64,000 nucleotides of DNA. It comes from Neocallimastix sp. 'constans'. Its lineage: Eukaryota. The notes below the pieces were generated by a model, which saw nothing but the letters and a program-made list of their open reading frames with translations, was not told the DNA's origin and ran no database searches. The DNA lies in NCBI GenBank assembly GCA_050613775.1, contig JBODTK010000135.1, positions 1 to 64,000 of the forward strand, written 5' to 3'. A program made the position numbers and the translations under genes. Each line of letters opens with the position of its first letter. The stretch's first letter is position 1. Below, piece after piece: positions 30,469-44,488 of this stretch.

Positions 30469-31591
30469 AAAAAACGGTCTGTTGAGTTATTATATTAAAA
30501 ATATATATATATATATAAATATCTTTATTACTATTTTCAGTAGTTATTCAATATTACTGTTTTCTTTTTACTATTAATAAATTGATATAGATAGATAATA
30601 TAAAATATATTTTAATAATGAAAATATTAATATTAATATTAAAATAAATATATATTAATATTTTTAATTTTAATATTTATTTTATTTTTATTTAAGATAA
30701 TAATATAATAATAATAAATAATAATAAAAAAAAATAATAATAATTGATAACAGTATAATATATTAATTAATATTATAATGTTATACTAAAGTTGTAGTAA
30801 AATTCTAACTTTTAAGAAAGAACTATTTTACAACTTTTAATGATAAAAATTATAAAAAGAAACTTTGTTTATTTTTTTATAAAAATAAACTATTAATTTT
30901 ACACAAAATTTATTTTATAAATAATTACACAAAAATTATTTATAATTCAAAGAAGTTATATTCTCAATAATATAACTTAAAAATATTAATTATTTATTAT
31001 TTAATTTATTAATAATACTTCATTATATTTGTCTAATTATTTCTTCTCTTTTCATAAAAAGTCCCCTTCTAAACGTTTATTTACATTTTCTTTTTATGAA
31101 TTATTATTCTTTTTAGATTAATATAGTTCATTCCTTAATTTAATATATTTCTTAATAATATAATAGAACAAAGACATAAAATAATATATAATAAGGTTTA
31201 AAGATAATATATTATACTAATTTAGAGTAATTAAAATATAATTTTAATATAACTTTAAAGAATATAGAAATATAAATTAATATAACTTTTCTAATACATT
31301 AATTTGATACATTTGTATTGATTTTCTTTGTTTACATTTTTTTTATGAAATTTACTTAATATCTTGAAAATTCTTTATCAATAATAATAAAAAATAATTC
31401 AGTATATAATTATTATTATTATTTTTATAATTATATACTGAATTATTATTGGTATTTAAATTAATATTATACTAAACACAACATATTTTTTTAATTATTA
31501 ACCAATAATATTCTAGTTGTAATAATTTATTAATTTATGTATTTTTTAATGTTACATATCACTTTAATAAATCACAATTAAAATATAAAAT

Positions 31592-31623
<32 letters not shown>

Positions 31624-32454
31624 AATTTATATAAATAAGTAAATGAATAATTTGATAAATGTATATAATATAATATTATTTATTTAAAGTAGATATTAAA
31701 ATTTATTAAAATTTTAACTTTAATATATCTTTTAAAAAATAAATATAAAAATTTAATTGTTAATATTTTTTAATTTTTGTTAACATAAATTATTATGTCA
31801 GTAACTATTATAGATTTCACTAAAATAAAATTTAAATAAAATATTTTTTATCATAAATAAATTATCTGACATTTTATTTATGAATAAAATATACGTATTA
31901 TAGATTTCACTAAAATAAAATTTAAATAAAATAATTTTTTATAATAGATAATTTATTTATGAATAAAATATATGTTTTTATAATAATAATAATTTTTACA
32001 ATGAATTGAGTCTATGATATCCTATTCTATTTTAGTAGCTATAGGAATGCATGAATTAAATCTGTAATAAAATATTTTATTTTTGTTGTTGTATGAAGAC
32101 ACCTACTATTCATATCATAGAAATTACAGCTATGTAGGTGTAAACTAATTGATTTTAAATCCAAACCAAATAAAATGGAGATACTTTTTCTAAAATAATG
32201 GATGGAAATATCTGCTTTTTTAAAATTTTATTATTTTTAAAAACTATATAACTCAATAGTATAAATAAATTTGAATAAAATTTAAAAAAGTTTTAACTTT
32301 TTAGCATTTTCATTTATTTTTATTATTTTTATTATAATTAATATTATTATTATTATCATTTATTTTTATTATTTTTATTATAATTAATATTAATATTATT
32401 ATTATTTTTTATTTTTATTATTTTTATTATTTTTTATTTTTATTATTTTTATTA

Positions 32455-32487
<33 letters not shown>

Positions 32488-33592
32488 TTTATTATAATTA
32501 ATATTATTATTATTATCATTTATTTTTATTATTTTTATTATAATTAATATTATTATTATTATCATTTATTTTTATTATTTTTATTATAATTAATATTATT
32601 ATTATTATCATTTATTTTTATTATTTTTATTATAATTAATATTATTATTATTATTATTTTTTATTTTTATTATTTTTATTATTTTTTATTTTTATTATTT
32701 TTATTATTTTTTATTTTTATTATTATTATTATTATTATTTAAATGTTATTTTTTATTTAATTATATAATCTTTGTTGCAGTCAAATATTTTATTTTATCC
32801 TGAAGACTTTTTCCAATTTATTTTTTAATATGTCAACAGGTAGATCTGATGTCTCCATAATAATATCAGTTAACTATTTAATAAAATTTCAAAAAAAAAA
32901 ATTTTAACTTTAAAAGCAATGGCTGTAGATATGAAATATAAAAATAAAATTTAAATAAAATTTAAATAAAATTTAAATAAAATAAAATAAAATTTAAATA
33001 AAATAAAATAAAATTTATATAAATAAATAAAAGAATATGAATATAATATATATTATATATTTATATAATAAATATTTATTATATTATATTTTATAAATAA
33101 ATAAATAGATAAATAAATAAAAGCAAATATGGATTATTGTATTAATAACATCGAATTTATTTATATATTTATTTATTTATTTATATAGGTCATATCAATT
33201 AAATATAAAAAAAGTATACGTAGTTTGTTACATTACTAGATACATTTTATTTTTATGAATAATACGTTTATTCTTGACAATTTCAGTTGTTACATTTAAC
33301 ATCTTTTAAATACTATAATGAATGTTATCATAATTCATTATTTTTATGTAATTTTTTTTTTAATTTATTTTAAAATAATTTATAATTGATGTATTAATTC
33401 TTATTATATATATATATTAATATAGTTTATGTATAAAGGCATAAAATTTTATTCCATAATAATGTAACTTTTTTTTTATTCCTTTTTTTATTTTATTTTA
33501 TTTTATTTTAATTATATTTTTATTATATGCTTTCTATTTATTTGAATTAATATCATTTTAAATACTTTATTTAAAATTTAATTACTTCAGAA

Positions 33593-33625
<33 letters not shown>

Positions 33626-33773
33626 AATTAATTAAATAAATTATTTTTTAAATGTGGCATAAAAATAATTTTTAGATGCTTTTATGAACAATTACATTAC
33701 ATTACATATATGAAAATTAATTTAAATTTAATTTATTTTTTTAAAAAAAAATGGTTGTACAAAATTTTAATAT

Positions 33774-33805
<32 letters not shown>

Positions 33806-35784
33806 CATCCTTTTCAGATTCTATTCAAATTGATTTAAGGTTTGTTAATCCATCTGAATATAAAGAAGAAATTGGTGATTCATTTTGTAAAACATTTTGA
33901 TTAGTGTTACAAATTAAGAAAAGAATTATTCAATATTATAAACCGATTTAAAGAAGATGATTCAATATTAATAAAAAAATATTAATAAATAAATATACAT
34001 ATAATATATTCATTAACTTATTTTTTATTGTATTATCCATCTTATAATAAAAGAAATTATTTATTTTATTTAATTGTTTATTTATCAAGTTGTTTATTTA
34101 CACTATTACATTTTATTTTATATAAATGAGATTATTATTATTAATTTATTTATGTATTTATTGACTTTTAATAATAATACTATTGATAATAAATAAATAA
34201 TTAAATAATAAATACTAAATAATAAATAATTAAATAATAAAAAATAATAATAAATAATAATAATAAATAATTAATCAAATAATAATAATAATAAATAATA
34301 TTGAATAATAATAAAAGAAGGCGAAACATAAAATGTAAAATTGAATAATTAAAGATAAATTAAAATTTAAAAAAAAAAAATTATTTTTTATTCATTTCAA
34401 CATTTTAATATAATTTTAAAGGAATGAATAGAAAGATAAATATATTGTATTATATATAATATTATATATAAGTTGTTATATCAATTGAATTATTTATCAT
34501 ATATTGTTATCGAATTATTATAATTCTTCTATATAATTGTTTATAAAATCATTATAAATTTAATTATTGTAACATCTTTTTAATTGATTACTATTAATAT
34601 ATAATAACATACTATTTCTAATTATATATATAATATAAAATAACATATTATTTCTAATTATTATATGTATATAATAAATAAATAAATAAATAAATTGCAA
34701 TATGAAAGAATTCTTACTAGTATTAATATATAATATTATATATGATATAATAATACAATAAATAAATATATAGTACTAATTGTTATTTATTTATATAAAC
34801 TATGAATTTGATTTATTTATTAATATATATTTATTAATATTATTTATTTATTACTTATAATTTATTTATTAATATTATTTATTTATTACTTATAATTTAT
34901 TTATGTAATTAATTATTCATTTATTTAAATATCGTCCATTAGATTTGAATAGGATACATTTTATTGATAAATGGATCATAAATTAAATTCATCAAGTGTT
35001 TATCTAAGACATTTTTTTTTTTTTTTTTTTTTTTTGCGAAGCTATTCAAAATAATAATAATAAGATAAAAAATAAAAACTTTAAATTAAAATTTAAACGA
35101 AAAAAAAAAATATAAATAAAAAGAAATTGAACGGTTATTAATTTCAAATAAAAACTAAACTAAAAAAATAAAAAAAAAAAAAAAAAAAAAAAAAGGAAAA
35201 ATAAAAATAAAATAAAAAAAAATATAAAAATAAAAAAAAATATAAAAATAAAAATAAAATATAAAAATAAAAATAAAAAAAAAAAATATAAAAATAAAAA
35301 AAATAAAAAAAATATAAAAAAAATATAAAAAAATACAAAATATATATATATGTAAAAAATTAAAAAAATATTAAATAAAAATAAATAAAAATAAAAATAG
35401 ATTAAAATTAAAAAGAATAATAAATAAATAAATATTAAAATAAAAATAAAATAAAATAAAATACAAAAATAAATGAGGATAAAAATTTAATCATCAGATA
35501 TAATATATATAACATATATCATAAAGAAAAATTAACAAGATAAAAATTTGACATAAATGTTAATTTTTTTTTTTTTTTTTTTCTATTTATTTATTTAAAT
35601 ATAAAATAAGCTAATTTATTTTCACATTTATAAAACTTTTTGTATAATATATATATAGTAATAATAATAATAATAATTTAATTTAATAATAAATATTAAT
35701 AATAATAAAATTTTTATTATAAATAAATAAAATTTATTTTTTAAAAAAATATATTAAATAATTATAATAATAAATGAACTAAAC

Positions 35785-37872
35785 ATGAGTTCAACAGAAA
35801 ATTTAGATATTGAGGAACATTCTGTTCCTGAAATTCTTATCAATAAAAATGATAATGAAAGTAAAATAGAAAATACAAATGAATCTTTTTCTAGAAGTGA
35901 TATAGAACTTGAAATCAAAAGAAAAATAGAAGAAAAATTTGGTAATAAAACTGAATTTTACACAGAAAATAGAGAAGCCCCTTCAAATAAAAGTGAAGAT
36001 AATATCAAAGTTGAACCAAATTCTGAAAACATTGCTGCTAATACCAGTGGTTATAATAGTTATGCAAATAATTATTACTACCCTAACAATTCATTTGGAA
36101 ATGCTAATATCTCATATTGCAATGCTAATGTTTCATTTGGAAATGCTAATACTTCATATGGCAATGCCAATGTTTCATTTGGAAATACTTCTGCTGATAT
36201 AAGTCATATTTCTCTATATAATAATACACCTGAAAATGCTAATTCTAAGAGAAAAGTTGATATTGGAAATATAAATTTATATGAAAGTTTAGATAATGAT
36301 GATGATGATTCAAATGGTAAAGATTCAAATAAAAGTGAAAACAAAACTGAAGAAAAGAAATCAGATAAAAAAGAGAATAAATCCGAAGAAAAAATTGAGG
36401 GTAAAAACGAAGAAGAAAAAGAATCAATTACTGCTGAAACTAACAAAGATAATAAGGAAGAAGACAAAGAAGACAAAGAAGAAAAAGAAGACGAAAAAGA
36501 AAAAGAAAAAGAAAAAGAAAAGGGCGAAAATGAAAACAAAGGTGAAGATTACATTGGACTTGATATTTTTGATAAAGATATTAGTGAAATGCAACCAGAA
36601 GAATCCACTTCAAGAGGTATGCCCGATTTTTCTAGGTTATCGCCTTATGACATTTCAATTACCGATTTTGGTAAACATTCAAAGAAATATAAAAACACAA
36701 GAGGTAATAAAAATTCAAAAAAATCTAAATATTCCGATCATTCCAAAAAGTATTATTTAAGATCGGATAGTACCTATTCTCGAGCGGATATGAGAGTCTT
36801 TTGGGTGGATTGGCTTAGAATATTTTCAACGATTTTAATTGTTTTCGTTCAAAGTTCTGGTGTAAGTTTGAAACCAAAAAAATTTGGTTCCTCTAATTGG
36901 AAATCTTTATTAGTCTATAACTCTTTATCTAGACCATGTACTCCATTATTTATAATGATGACTAGTATGCTTTTATTAGATCCAAACAAGGAATTATCTT
37001 TCAAAAAGGTCTTAAAGAAGTATTTTGCTCGTGTCCTTAAATGTTATATATTTTGGTCTGTTTATTACAATGTTTTCAATGCCTATGTCATTAACTATAA
37101 TAAAAAGAAATATAAGTGGTCTTCGAAACTCGTTAAACAAACCATTATAAATATCATCAAAGCTGACAACTGTGGTCACATGTGGTATTTAAAATATATT
37201 ATGGTGCTTTACCTTGTAACACCAATCTTCAGAAAATTAACGGAAAATAGAAATTTATCTTGGTACATTACTTCAGGTTTAGTAGTTTTAGGTCAACTTT
37301 TCCCAACGACTGCTGAACTTACTTCCCTTCCACTTAAATTTTATGATATTGTTAAACAATATACCGAACCTCTTGAAAATTTCGGTGGAGTGTCTGCCTA
37401 CTATTTATTAGGTCATTTATTAGATTCCCATGAATTTGAAAAACTTAAAAATGTCAACTATTCCTATTTAATGGGTGCCTCTGGTTCTGGTTTAACTATT
37501 TTTCTAAGATTCTTATCTTCCTACCAAGAAAATAAGGATAGTAATCTTTTTGGTGATTTTGGTAATATTAATGTTGGTATGTCTGCTTGTGGTATTTTTA
37601 TGTTCTTTAAGCATGCTCTTGGAGATTGGATTGATAAAGTCATGAATAATCATAACTATTTGAATAAATTTATGATTGCTCTTTCAGATTGTTCTTTTGG
37701 TATTTACTTGGTACATATGACGGTATATCATCTCTTTAGTCGTTTCAATTTACATACTCAATCCCTTAATCCAATCTATTGGACAGCTATTTACGCCAGT
37801 ATTATCTATATTGTTTCCTTTGGTATTATTTTTGTAATGAGAAAGATTCCAATCTTGAAAGATTTCACATAA
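35785..37872 (+). CDS. Acyltransferase-3 (OafA/WecH-like) membrane O-acyltransferase domain preceded by an about 335-aa low-complexity, charged N-terminal extension, 695 aa
   Basis: RVFWVDWLRIFS, PLFIMMT, GHMWYL, YYLLG and LSDCSFGIYLVH motifs with about 10 hydrophobic segments; single intronless ORF. Confidence 0.85.
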   Translation: MSSTENLDIEEHSVPEILINKNDNESKIENTNESFSRSDIELEIKRKIEEKFGNKTEFYTENREAPSNKSEDNIKVEPNSENIAANTSGYNSYANNYYYPNNSFGNANISYCNANVSFGNANTSYGNANVSFGNTSADISHISLYNNTPENANSKRKVDIGNINLYESLDNDDDDSNGKDSNKSENKTEEKKSDKKENKSEEKIEGKNEEEKESITAETNKDNKEEDKEDKEEKEDEKEKEKEKEKGENENKGEDYIGLDIFDKDISEMQPEESTSRGMPDFSRLSPYDISITDFGKHSKKYKNTRGNKNSKKSKYSDHSKKYYLRSDSTYSRADMRVFWVDWLRIFSTILIVFVQSSGVSLKPKKFGSSNWKSLLVYNSLSRPCTPLFIMMTSMLLLDPNKELSFKKVLKKYFARVLKCYIFWSVYYNVFNAYVINYNKKKYKWSSKLVKQTIINIIKADNCGHMWYLKYIMVLYLVTPIFRKLTENRNLSWYITSGLVVLGQLFPTTAELTSLPLKFYDIVKQYTEPLENFGGVSAYYLLGHLLDSHEFEKLKNVNYSYLMGASGSGLTIFLRFLSSYQENKDSNLFGDFGNINVGMSACGIFMFFKHALGDWIDKVMNNHNYLNKFMIALSDCSFGIYLVHMTVYHLFSRFNLHTQSLNPIYWTAIYASIIYIVSFGIIFVMRKIPILKDFT

Positions 37873-37995
37873 TTTTTATTTTTATTTTTATTTTTTTTAT
37901 TTATTTTTTTTTTTTTAATTATATATATAAAGTAAAAAATTCTATATTATAATAATATATAGATTAAAAAATACAAATATAAATATATATATAAC

Positions 37996-38026
<31 letters not shown>

Positions 38027-38754
38027 ATAAAATTTAAAAATAATAATAAAAATAAAAATTTAATAGAAAATGAAAAAAAAAAAAAAAAAAAAGAAATTAG
38101 AGAAAATGATAATGATAAAAAAAAAAAAAAAAAAAAAAAAGAAATTATGTAAATAAATTTTTTTTTTTTTATTTCCTTAATATTCATACTATATAAAAAT
38201 AAAAATAAATATAAATATAAATATTTTTATATTTTAACTCTTTTAATATAATTTAATTAGAATCGTTTTTAAAAATAAAATGAAATTTTTATATTTTTTA
38301 AGAATTTATTAACACAAAACGTACAAAAAAAATATCCACTCATTAATAATTTTTTTTAAAAAAAAAAAAAAAAAAAATGTAAAATGGAATAATTTTTAAA
38401 TTTTAATTTAAAATATTAATTTAAAAAATAAAATAAAATAAAATAAAAATAAATAACTTATTTTTTCTTCATTTATATAAAGATTTTAATATTAATTTAA
38501 ATATAATATAGTTAAGAAAAAAAAAAAATTAGTTTTATAAAAAATTAAAATTATATTAATTGTTTATTATTTCATTATTTGTATATGTATTAATCATGTA
38601 ATCTTTGAAATGCATTACTTTGTTTAAATAATTTCATGAATTTAGTACAAGCAACAATTAGTAGAAATAAGATAAATTTTTACAACCATTTTTATCTTTG
38701 TAATTATCAAAAATCATTATTATATACTACTAAACTTTAAATATTATAATAAAA

Positions 38755-38793
<39 letters not shown>

Positions 38794-38811
38794 TTAATAA
38801 TTTTTATTATA

Positions 38812-40218
38812 AGCCTTTACACTACATTAAGAATTATATGTCAGAGAAGGAAATTTGAAAATAAGGATACTTACCTTGCTTTTTTGGACCTTAAAAAAGC
38901 GTATGACTCAGTGCCCATATATTATGTATTAATGAAGATTCCTCACTTAGGTATTAGAGGTAAAGTGCTTTAATTTTATTGAAAATTTATACTTCTATTC
39001 CAAAAGGCTTGTGTTAAGAGTTGATGGACAATTATCGGATTTAGAATTGAAATCGATCATACAGAGAATGAATAATAAAGTTAGAAATGCACTTTATTCC
39101 ATTAAAGGATTTCTTAAAAATCCTCATACTTATAAAAGAATGTTGTTTTCAGCTATAGTAATTGGACAAGTTTCATATTATGCACCTTCTACTTGGATCT
39201 AACAAAGACAGAACGAGAAGTACACAGACACTAGTTAATTCAGGATTATACTGGATTGAAGGATTTTCTAAAGGGAATAGCTTTACTTCCCTTTATTGTG
39301 TTTCTAAAGAACTTAACGTTCCTCCTCTTTCGGTGAAATGTGAGATTGCTCAGGTAAGGTGTTTTAAAAAAAAATGGAAAAACTCGAAATGTATTATCTC
39401 TGATTTACTTAGAGATATATCTCGTTGTAGATGTCATGCATGGGATAAAGAAAGTAAAATTTTAGCTGATAAATTAGATAAATTTCCATCAAGAAAAAAA
39501 AAAAAAAAAAAAAAAAAACGATTTTAAATTTTTACTGGGATAGAGATATGGCAAGAAAATCAATCAAAGCTAAGGCTTATAAAAAAAAAAAAAATAATAA
39601 TTTTGAGAAAACTAGAGGGTATCTTAAGCTAAAATTATAAATATCCTGAATTTAGCATTTGGCTTCCGATGGGTACTTCGTGTCAGATATGGATATAAAT
39701 TCGATGCTAGTGTTGCCAAAGCCGCCAAAATGATTGAAGAAGACTGTCCTGAAAGGTGTCCTTGTTGTTATAGAAAAAATAGTAATCCTCGATTGGAATA
39801 TTGGTTTTTCTAAATGCTATCTTTTCCGTGAATTTCTTATGAAATATTTTAAGGATATTGAAATTCTTTATGAAATATTTTATATTATTTATAAATATTG
39901 TCCAATATCTAATAGTAATGTAGACACTGCTATCACAGATATGAATAATATAGAACTAAGTTCTGATTCTGATAGTAGTAACGAAGTGTATAATATTAAT
40001 AATATTAACAATAGAAATAATATTGTTAATAATAGTAGAAATAGTGATAGTGAAAATAGAAATACTAATATTAGTGATAGTGAATATTATAATATCGTTA
40101 CTTCTATTTTAGTGTATAGTTCAATTGGTGAAAATCGTGGTGATTTAAGTAATTTTCTGAATAATGAGTGTGTAAATAGATATGTGACGTGGTACCGATT
40201 GTATAACTTTCTTCTTGG
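38812..40218 (+). mobile_element. Degenerate non-LTR (LINE-like) retrotransposon: partial RT plus C-terminal region
   Basis: SLYTTLRIICQRRKFENKDTYLAFLDLKKAYDSVP (RT motif), then RVDGQLS. The RT core appears deleted near 39040. Cys-rich CPERCPCC near 39745; multiple frameshifts. Confidence 0.88.
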
Positions 40219-40224
40219 TAGAAG

Positions 40225-40324
40225 TTTGGCGAAATGCCACATTTTTTTAATACGCCACATGCTTTCAAAAAAATTGGCGAAATGCAATCTGGCGAAATGC
40301 AATTTGGTGAAATGCCCCACACCC
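40225..40324. mobile_element. Solo terminal-repeat end of a DNA transposon that truncates the LINE relic
   Basis: 15-bp-period TGGCGAAATGC repeats ending in ...gccccacaccc; same architecture as the TIRs at 46108 and 47309. Confidence 0.5.
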
Positions 40325-40582
40325 TTGAGGTGTTCGTTGCCTTATGAACTTTTTTCTGAATTTATTTATACACTTATTTTTGATTATTACTGTTTATTTC
40401 ACGTTACTATTCCATTTATTATTATGTTCAAATTGGACATATAATATTTATTTATTTTATTAATTCTGTGTTTTTTTTTTTTTTTTTTTTTTTTTTTTAT
40501 TTTTTTTTTAAAATTAAAAGTATTCATGTATTTTATAAAAGAATAAATAAAAATAAAGATTAAAGTTCGCAATAATTGTGGC

Positions 40583-40620
<38 letters not shown>

Positions 40621-40845
40621 ATTATTATTGTTAAGAGTCATCCCCAATGATGTGGACCTGTTTTTCCAAGGTCCATGGAGGGTTAATGGAAAAGGATTAG
40701 CCTACATCAGGTATACTAATTGCAGCTTTCTATGATTCTAATGATTATCGATGGTTATCCCTTCTAAAGTGGCTTCTAGTACTAAGAGTGAAAACTCATA
40801 AGGAAGAAAGAAAGATAATAAAGATAATAAACCAAAAATAATAAA

Positions 40846-40884
<39 letters not shown>

Positions 40885-41048
40885 AGATTTCATATATATT
40901 ATAAATGACTTTTTTATTATTATTATTATTATTTAAAATGATTAAAATTTTAATGATTCAACTTTCACTTAATTATTAGAATAGTTTTTTATTTTTATTT
41001 TATATTCATATTATTAACAGTATATATAGTATATATATATGTACATTT

Positions 41049-41079
<31 letters not shown>

Positions 41080-41502
41080 TTAAATAATATATATGAATGA
41101 TAGAAACTTTTATAATAATTTATAAAAAATAAAAAAAAAAAAAAAAAAAAAAATAAAAAAATAAAAATGATAGTTCATAAAATAATTTTATTTTTTTTTT
41201 TCCCCACCCCTCTCTAATTTTTTTAATAATAATAAATTTTTTAAATTAATTACAGTAAATTCAATAGTAAAAATAAAAATAATAACAATAATATATATTT
41301 ATATATATATATATTATATACAAAAGAAATAAAGAATATATATTTATATATATATATATTATATACAAAAGAAATAAAGAAATAATATATATATATATAT
41401 ATATAGAATTCAAAATTTGGTAATATCGATAATGAAAATGATATAGATATAATAAAAAATAAATTGGATATAATTTGAATATATATATATACTTTTTTTT
41501 TT

Positions 41503-41543
41503 CTAATTGTACTTGTAATTAGAATGATAATCATAAATGAAAG

Positions 41544-41603
<60 letters not shown>

Positions 41604-43588
41604 TATTATTATTAGTATTAGTGGTAGTAGTAATATTAGAATTCGTTGAATTCAGTGATTCAATTATTACTTTATTAAGAGAATAATTTTCAGTATTCGA
41701 TTTAAATGAATTCATTGATCCTAATGAATACCAATTTGTATTAAAGCTTTTATTGACGATATAGAGATGGCTATCTTCTTTATAATAATAAATATTATCC
41801 ATTGAATTATTATTGAGAAAACTACTATTAATAATAGAAATTTTATAGTGACCTTTTGAATTTTTTGGAGTAGATGGATTACTTTTACTAGTGCTCCATG
41901 ATGGAAGGGTACTTGTTGAAGTGTAGACGGTTTCATCTTTTGAATGTAACAGTAAAATTTGATCGATAAATATCATATAATATTGTAAATTATTAATTGA
42001 TTTTCGTATTTCATCAAAGGAAAAATCTAAATGATGATAGTTATACACTTTATAATAGTAATATTTAATGATGATGGTAATCGAAATAATGGGTAGAAAA
42101 GTCAAACTAATAAAAGCTGAAACAAGAATTCTATATTGAGAGACGGTTTTAAATTTTTTTATAAATCCTGATTTTTGTGTTATTTGTGAAAGATTTTTTC
42201 GAAGGACGTAATAAACGGCAAATTCATAAATCATACATGCATAAATAATAATTAATTGTATATACCAATAGGTAAAATAAAACATATCCACGGTATCCTT
42301 TTGATATTCTCCATCTTTTTTATAGAGATCTTTTGGACTGAGTTTAATAAAATGAATAAAAATTAATGCAATTTTTGATAAATTAAATATTCCACAACTG
42401 ATGTATACAAACCACATAGATTTTTGATTCTTTGCTAAGGTCCTCGTACGAAGTAACGGATACCAATCCCCTACTATTTCACCACAATACCATAGTGCAA
42501 CTGCTATTTGCCTTGTAAGAAACCATCGAAAGGGATGCATTTCAGGTGATGTTACATCATATTTACATTGAATAGATAAAATTTCACCATTAGTATCTCT
42601 CGTAATACTATTAGAAAAGTAATGTGGTCTTAAATCTCCTAATTTATCTATAATATCACCTAATGAACTATTTTATTTCATTTTTTTTTTTTTTTTTTTT
42701 TTGAATAAAAAATAGCCATTATCCATAGAGAGGGATATATAAAGAATTTTATATAGAAATATATATAGTTATATTAATATTAATTATTAATAATTAGTTT
42801 TTATAATTATTTTTTATTTTTTTTTTATTTATTATTTTTTTTTTTTATTTTTTTATTTTTTTTTTGTATTTATTATAAATTTATACTATTATAATCATTA
42901 TTTTATTATTTAATTTTATCTTTATATCTTTCTTATTAATATTTTATTATAATATATTAGTATTTTTTAATAATTTTTTTATTAAAAAAAAAAAAAAAAA
43001 GTAAAATAAAATTATATTATTATATCATATATTGAAATATATCATAATTTTTTTTTTTTTTTTTTTTTTTGATATTTAAAAATGATATATATTTTCAGAG
43101 AATAAAGTAAAATAAAAATTATGTCTTTATAATTTTATTTTCATTACACCCTCATTTTATTACTATATTCTCATTTTTCAATATATTATCATTGTATCAT
43201 TAAATATTTATACAAATATTAATTTTTATTATAATTATTATTATATTTTCTTAAATACAAAATAATATATTTACCGAAGAATAAAATGAAATAAAATAAT
43301 TTTCATAACTGGTTTTTTCATATTAAATTTATGTAATATGAAAATTAGAATGGTCCAATAAAAGAATAAAAACTTTATAGGACGATGAATCGCATAGATT
43401 ATTGTTCGTATTTCATCAATTTTATTATTTAATTTTTGTTCTCCATCAATTGAATTTAAATATTCTAAATAACATGTAAAATTGGTTCCTTTACTTAGTA
43501 ACCATTGCATATAGGTTGCGTCAGTACCATTTTCAATAAAATATTGCTTTTGTGATAGAGCGTAGGAATAATCAGCCTCTGATAACAT
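41503..43588 (-). CDS. Orphan 7TM (GPCR-like) protein, paralogue 1, about 492 aa. Exons 43588-43275 and 42667-41503
   Basis: Phase-2 GT-AG intron splits Arg in HFILR|SLGD. Seven predicted helices followed by a Ser/Asn-rich tail. The intron position is identical in both paralogues. Confidence 0.85.
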
Positions 43589-43625
43589 ATGTATTTAAAG
43601 TTTAATATATTTTTAAAAAAATAAA

Positions 43626-43656
<31 letters not shown>

Positions 43657-44445
43657 TTTTAATTTAAATAAATTATTATAAAATTATTTATCTAACTTTA
43701 TTTTTTTTTTTTATTAATTTTTTATTTATAAACAAAGTATAAATAATTATATTTGAATTATGTATATTTAGTATAAATATTTTTTATAAAAAAACATTAA
43801 TAAATTATTCTTTTATTTTTGTTTGATGTTAAATTTATAAAATATATTGTATATATATAATTAGGCATATATGATTTAAACTTGTTATAAAAATAATATA
43901 TAAATATATTTATTTTTAATATTTTAAATATTATTACTTCTAATTTTGAAATTTTATTTTATTTAAAAAAAAAAAAAAAAAAAAAAATGAAATTTAATGT
44001 ATTTTATAAGATTTCAATTTATTATTATTTATTATTTATTAATTATTTTTATTATTAACATATTTAATATAGTGAACCTTAATTTTTAATATTTCAATTT
44101 TAATTTTATTTCATTATTTACTTTTTTTTTTTTTTTTATTTTTTATTTTATTTTATTTTACTTTTTATTTTTTATTTTTTTTCATTCATATTATTTTTGA
44201 TACATATAAATGAAAAATGACATTTATGGTAATTGGTGAGATTCTTAAGATTGATCGATCAATAACAATATCCAAAAATAAGAATAACCAATAACTAGAA
44301 TTGTCTTAATAGCTTTTAATTTTAATTTAAATATTTTAAAAATGATTCATATTTAAACTTTTTTTTTTTTAATTTATAATATATATATATATTAATTTAT
44401 AATTTTATTATTAATATTTTTTTTTTTTTTATATAATAATATCTG

Positions 44446-44488
<43 letters not shown>

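Noticed and set aside
39734..40444. 236-aa ORF as a host gene
   Set aside because: A chimera of frameshifted LINE sequence, a TIR fragment and flank.
40770..40805. Hammerhead ribozyme at ctaagagtgaaaactcataa
   Set aside because: Lacks an intact CUGANGA/GAAA core and flanking stems.
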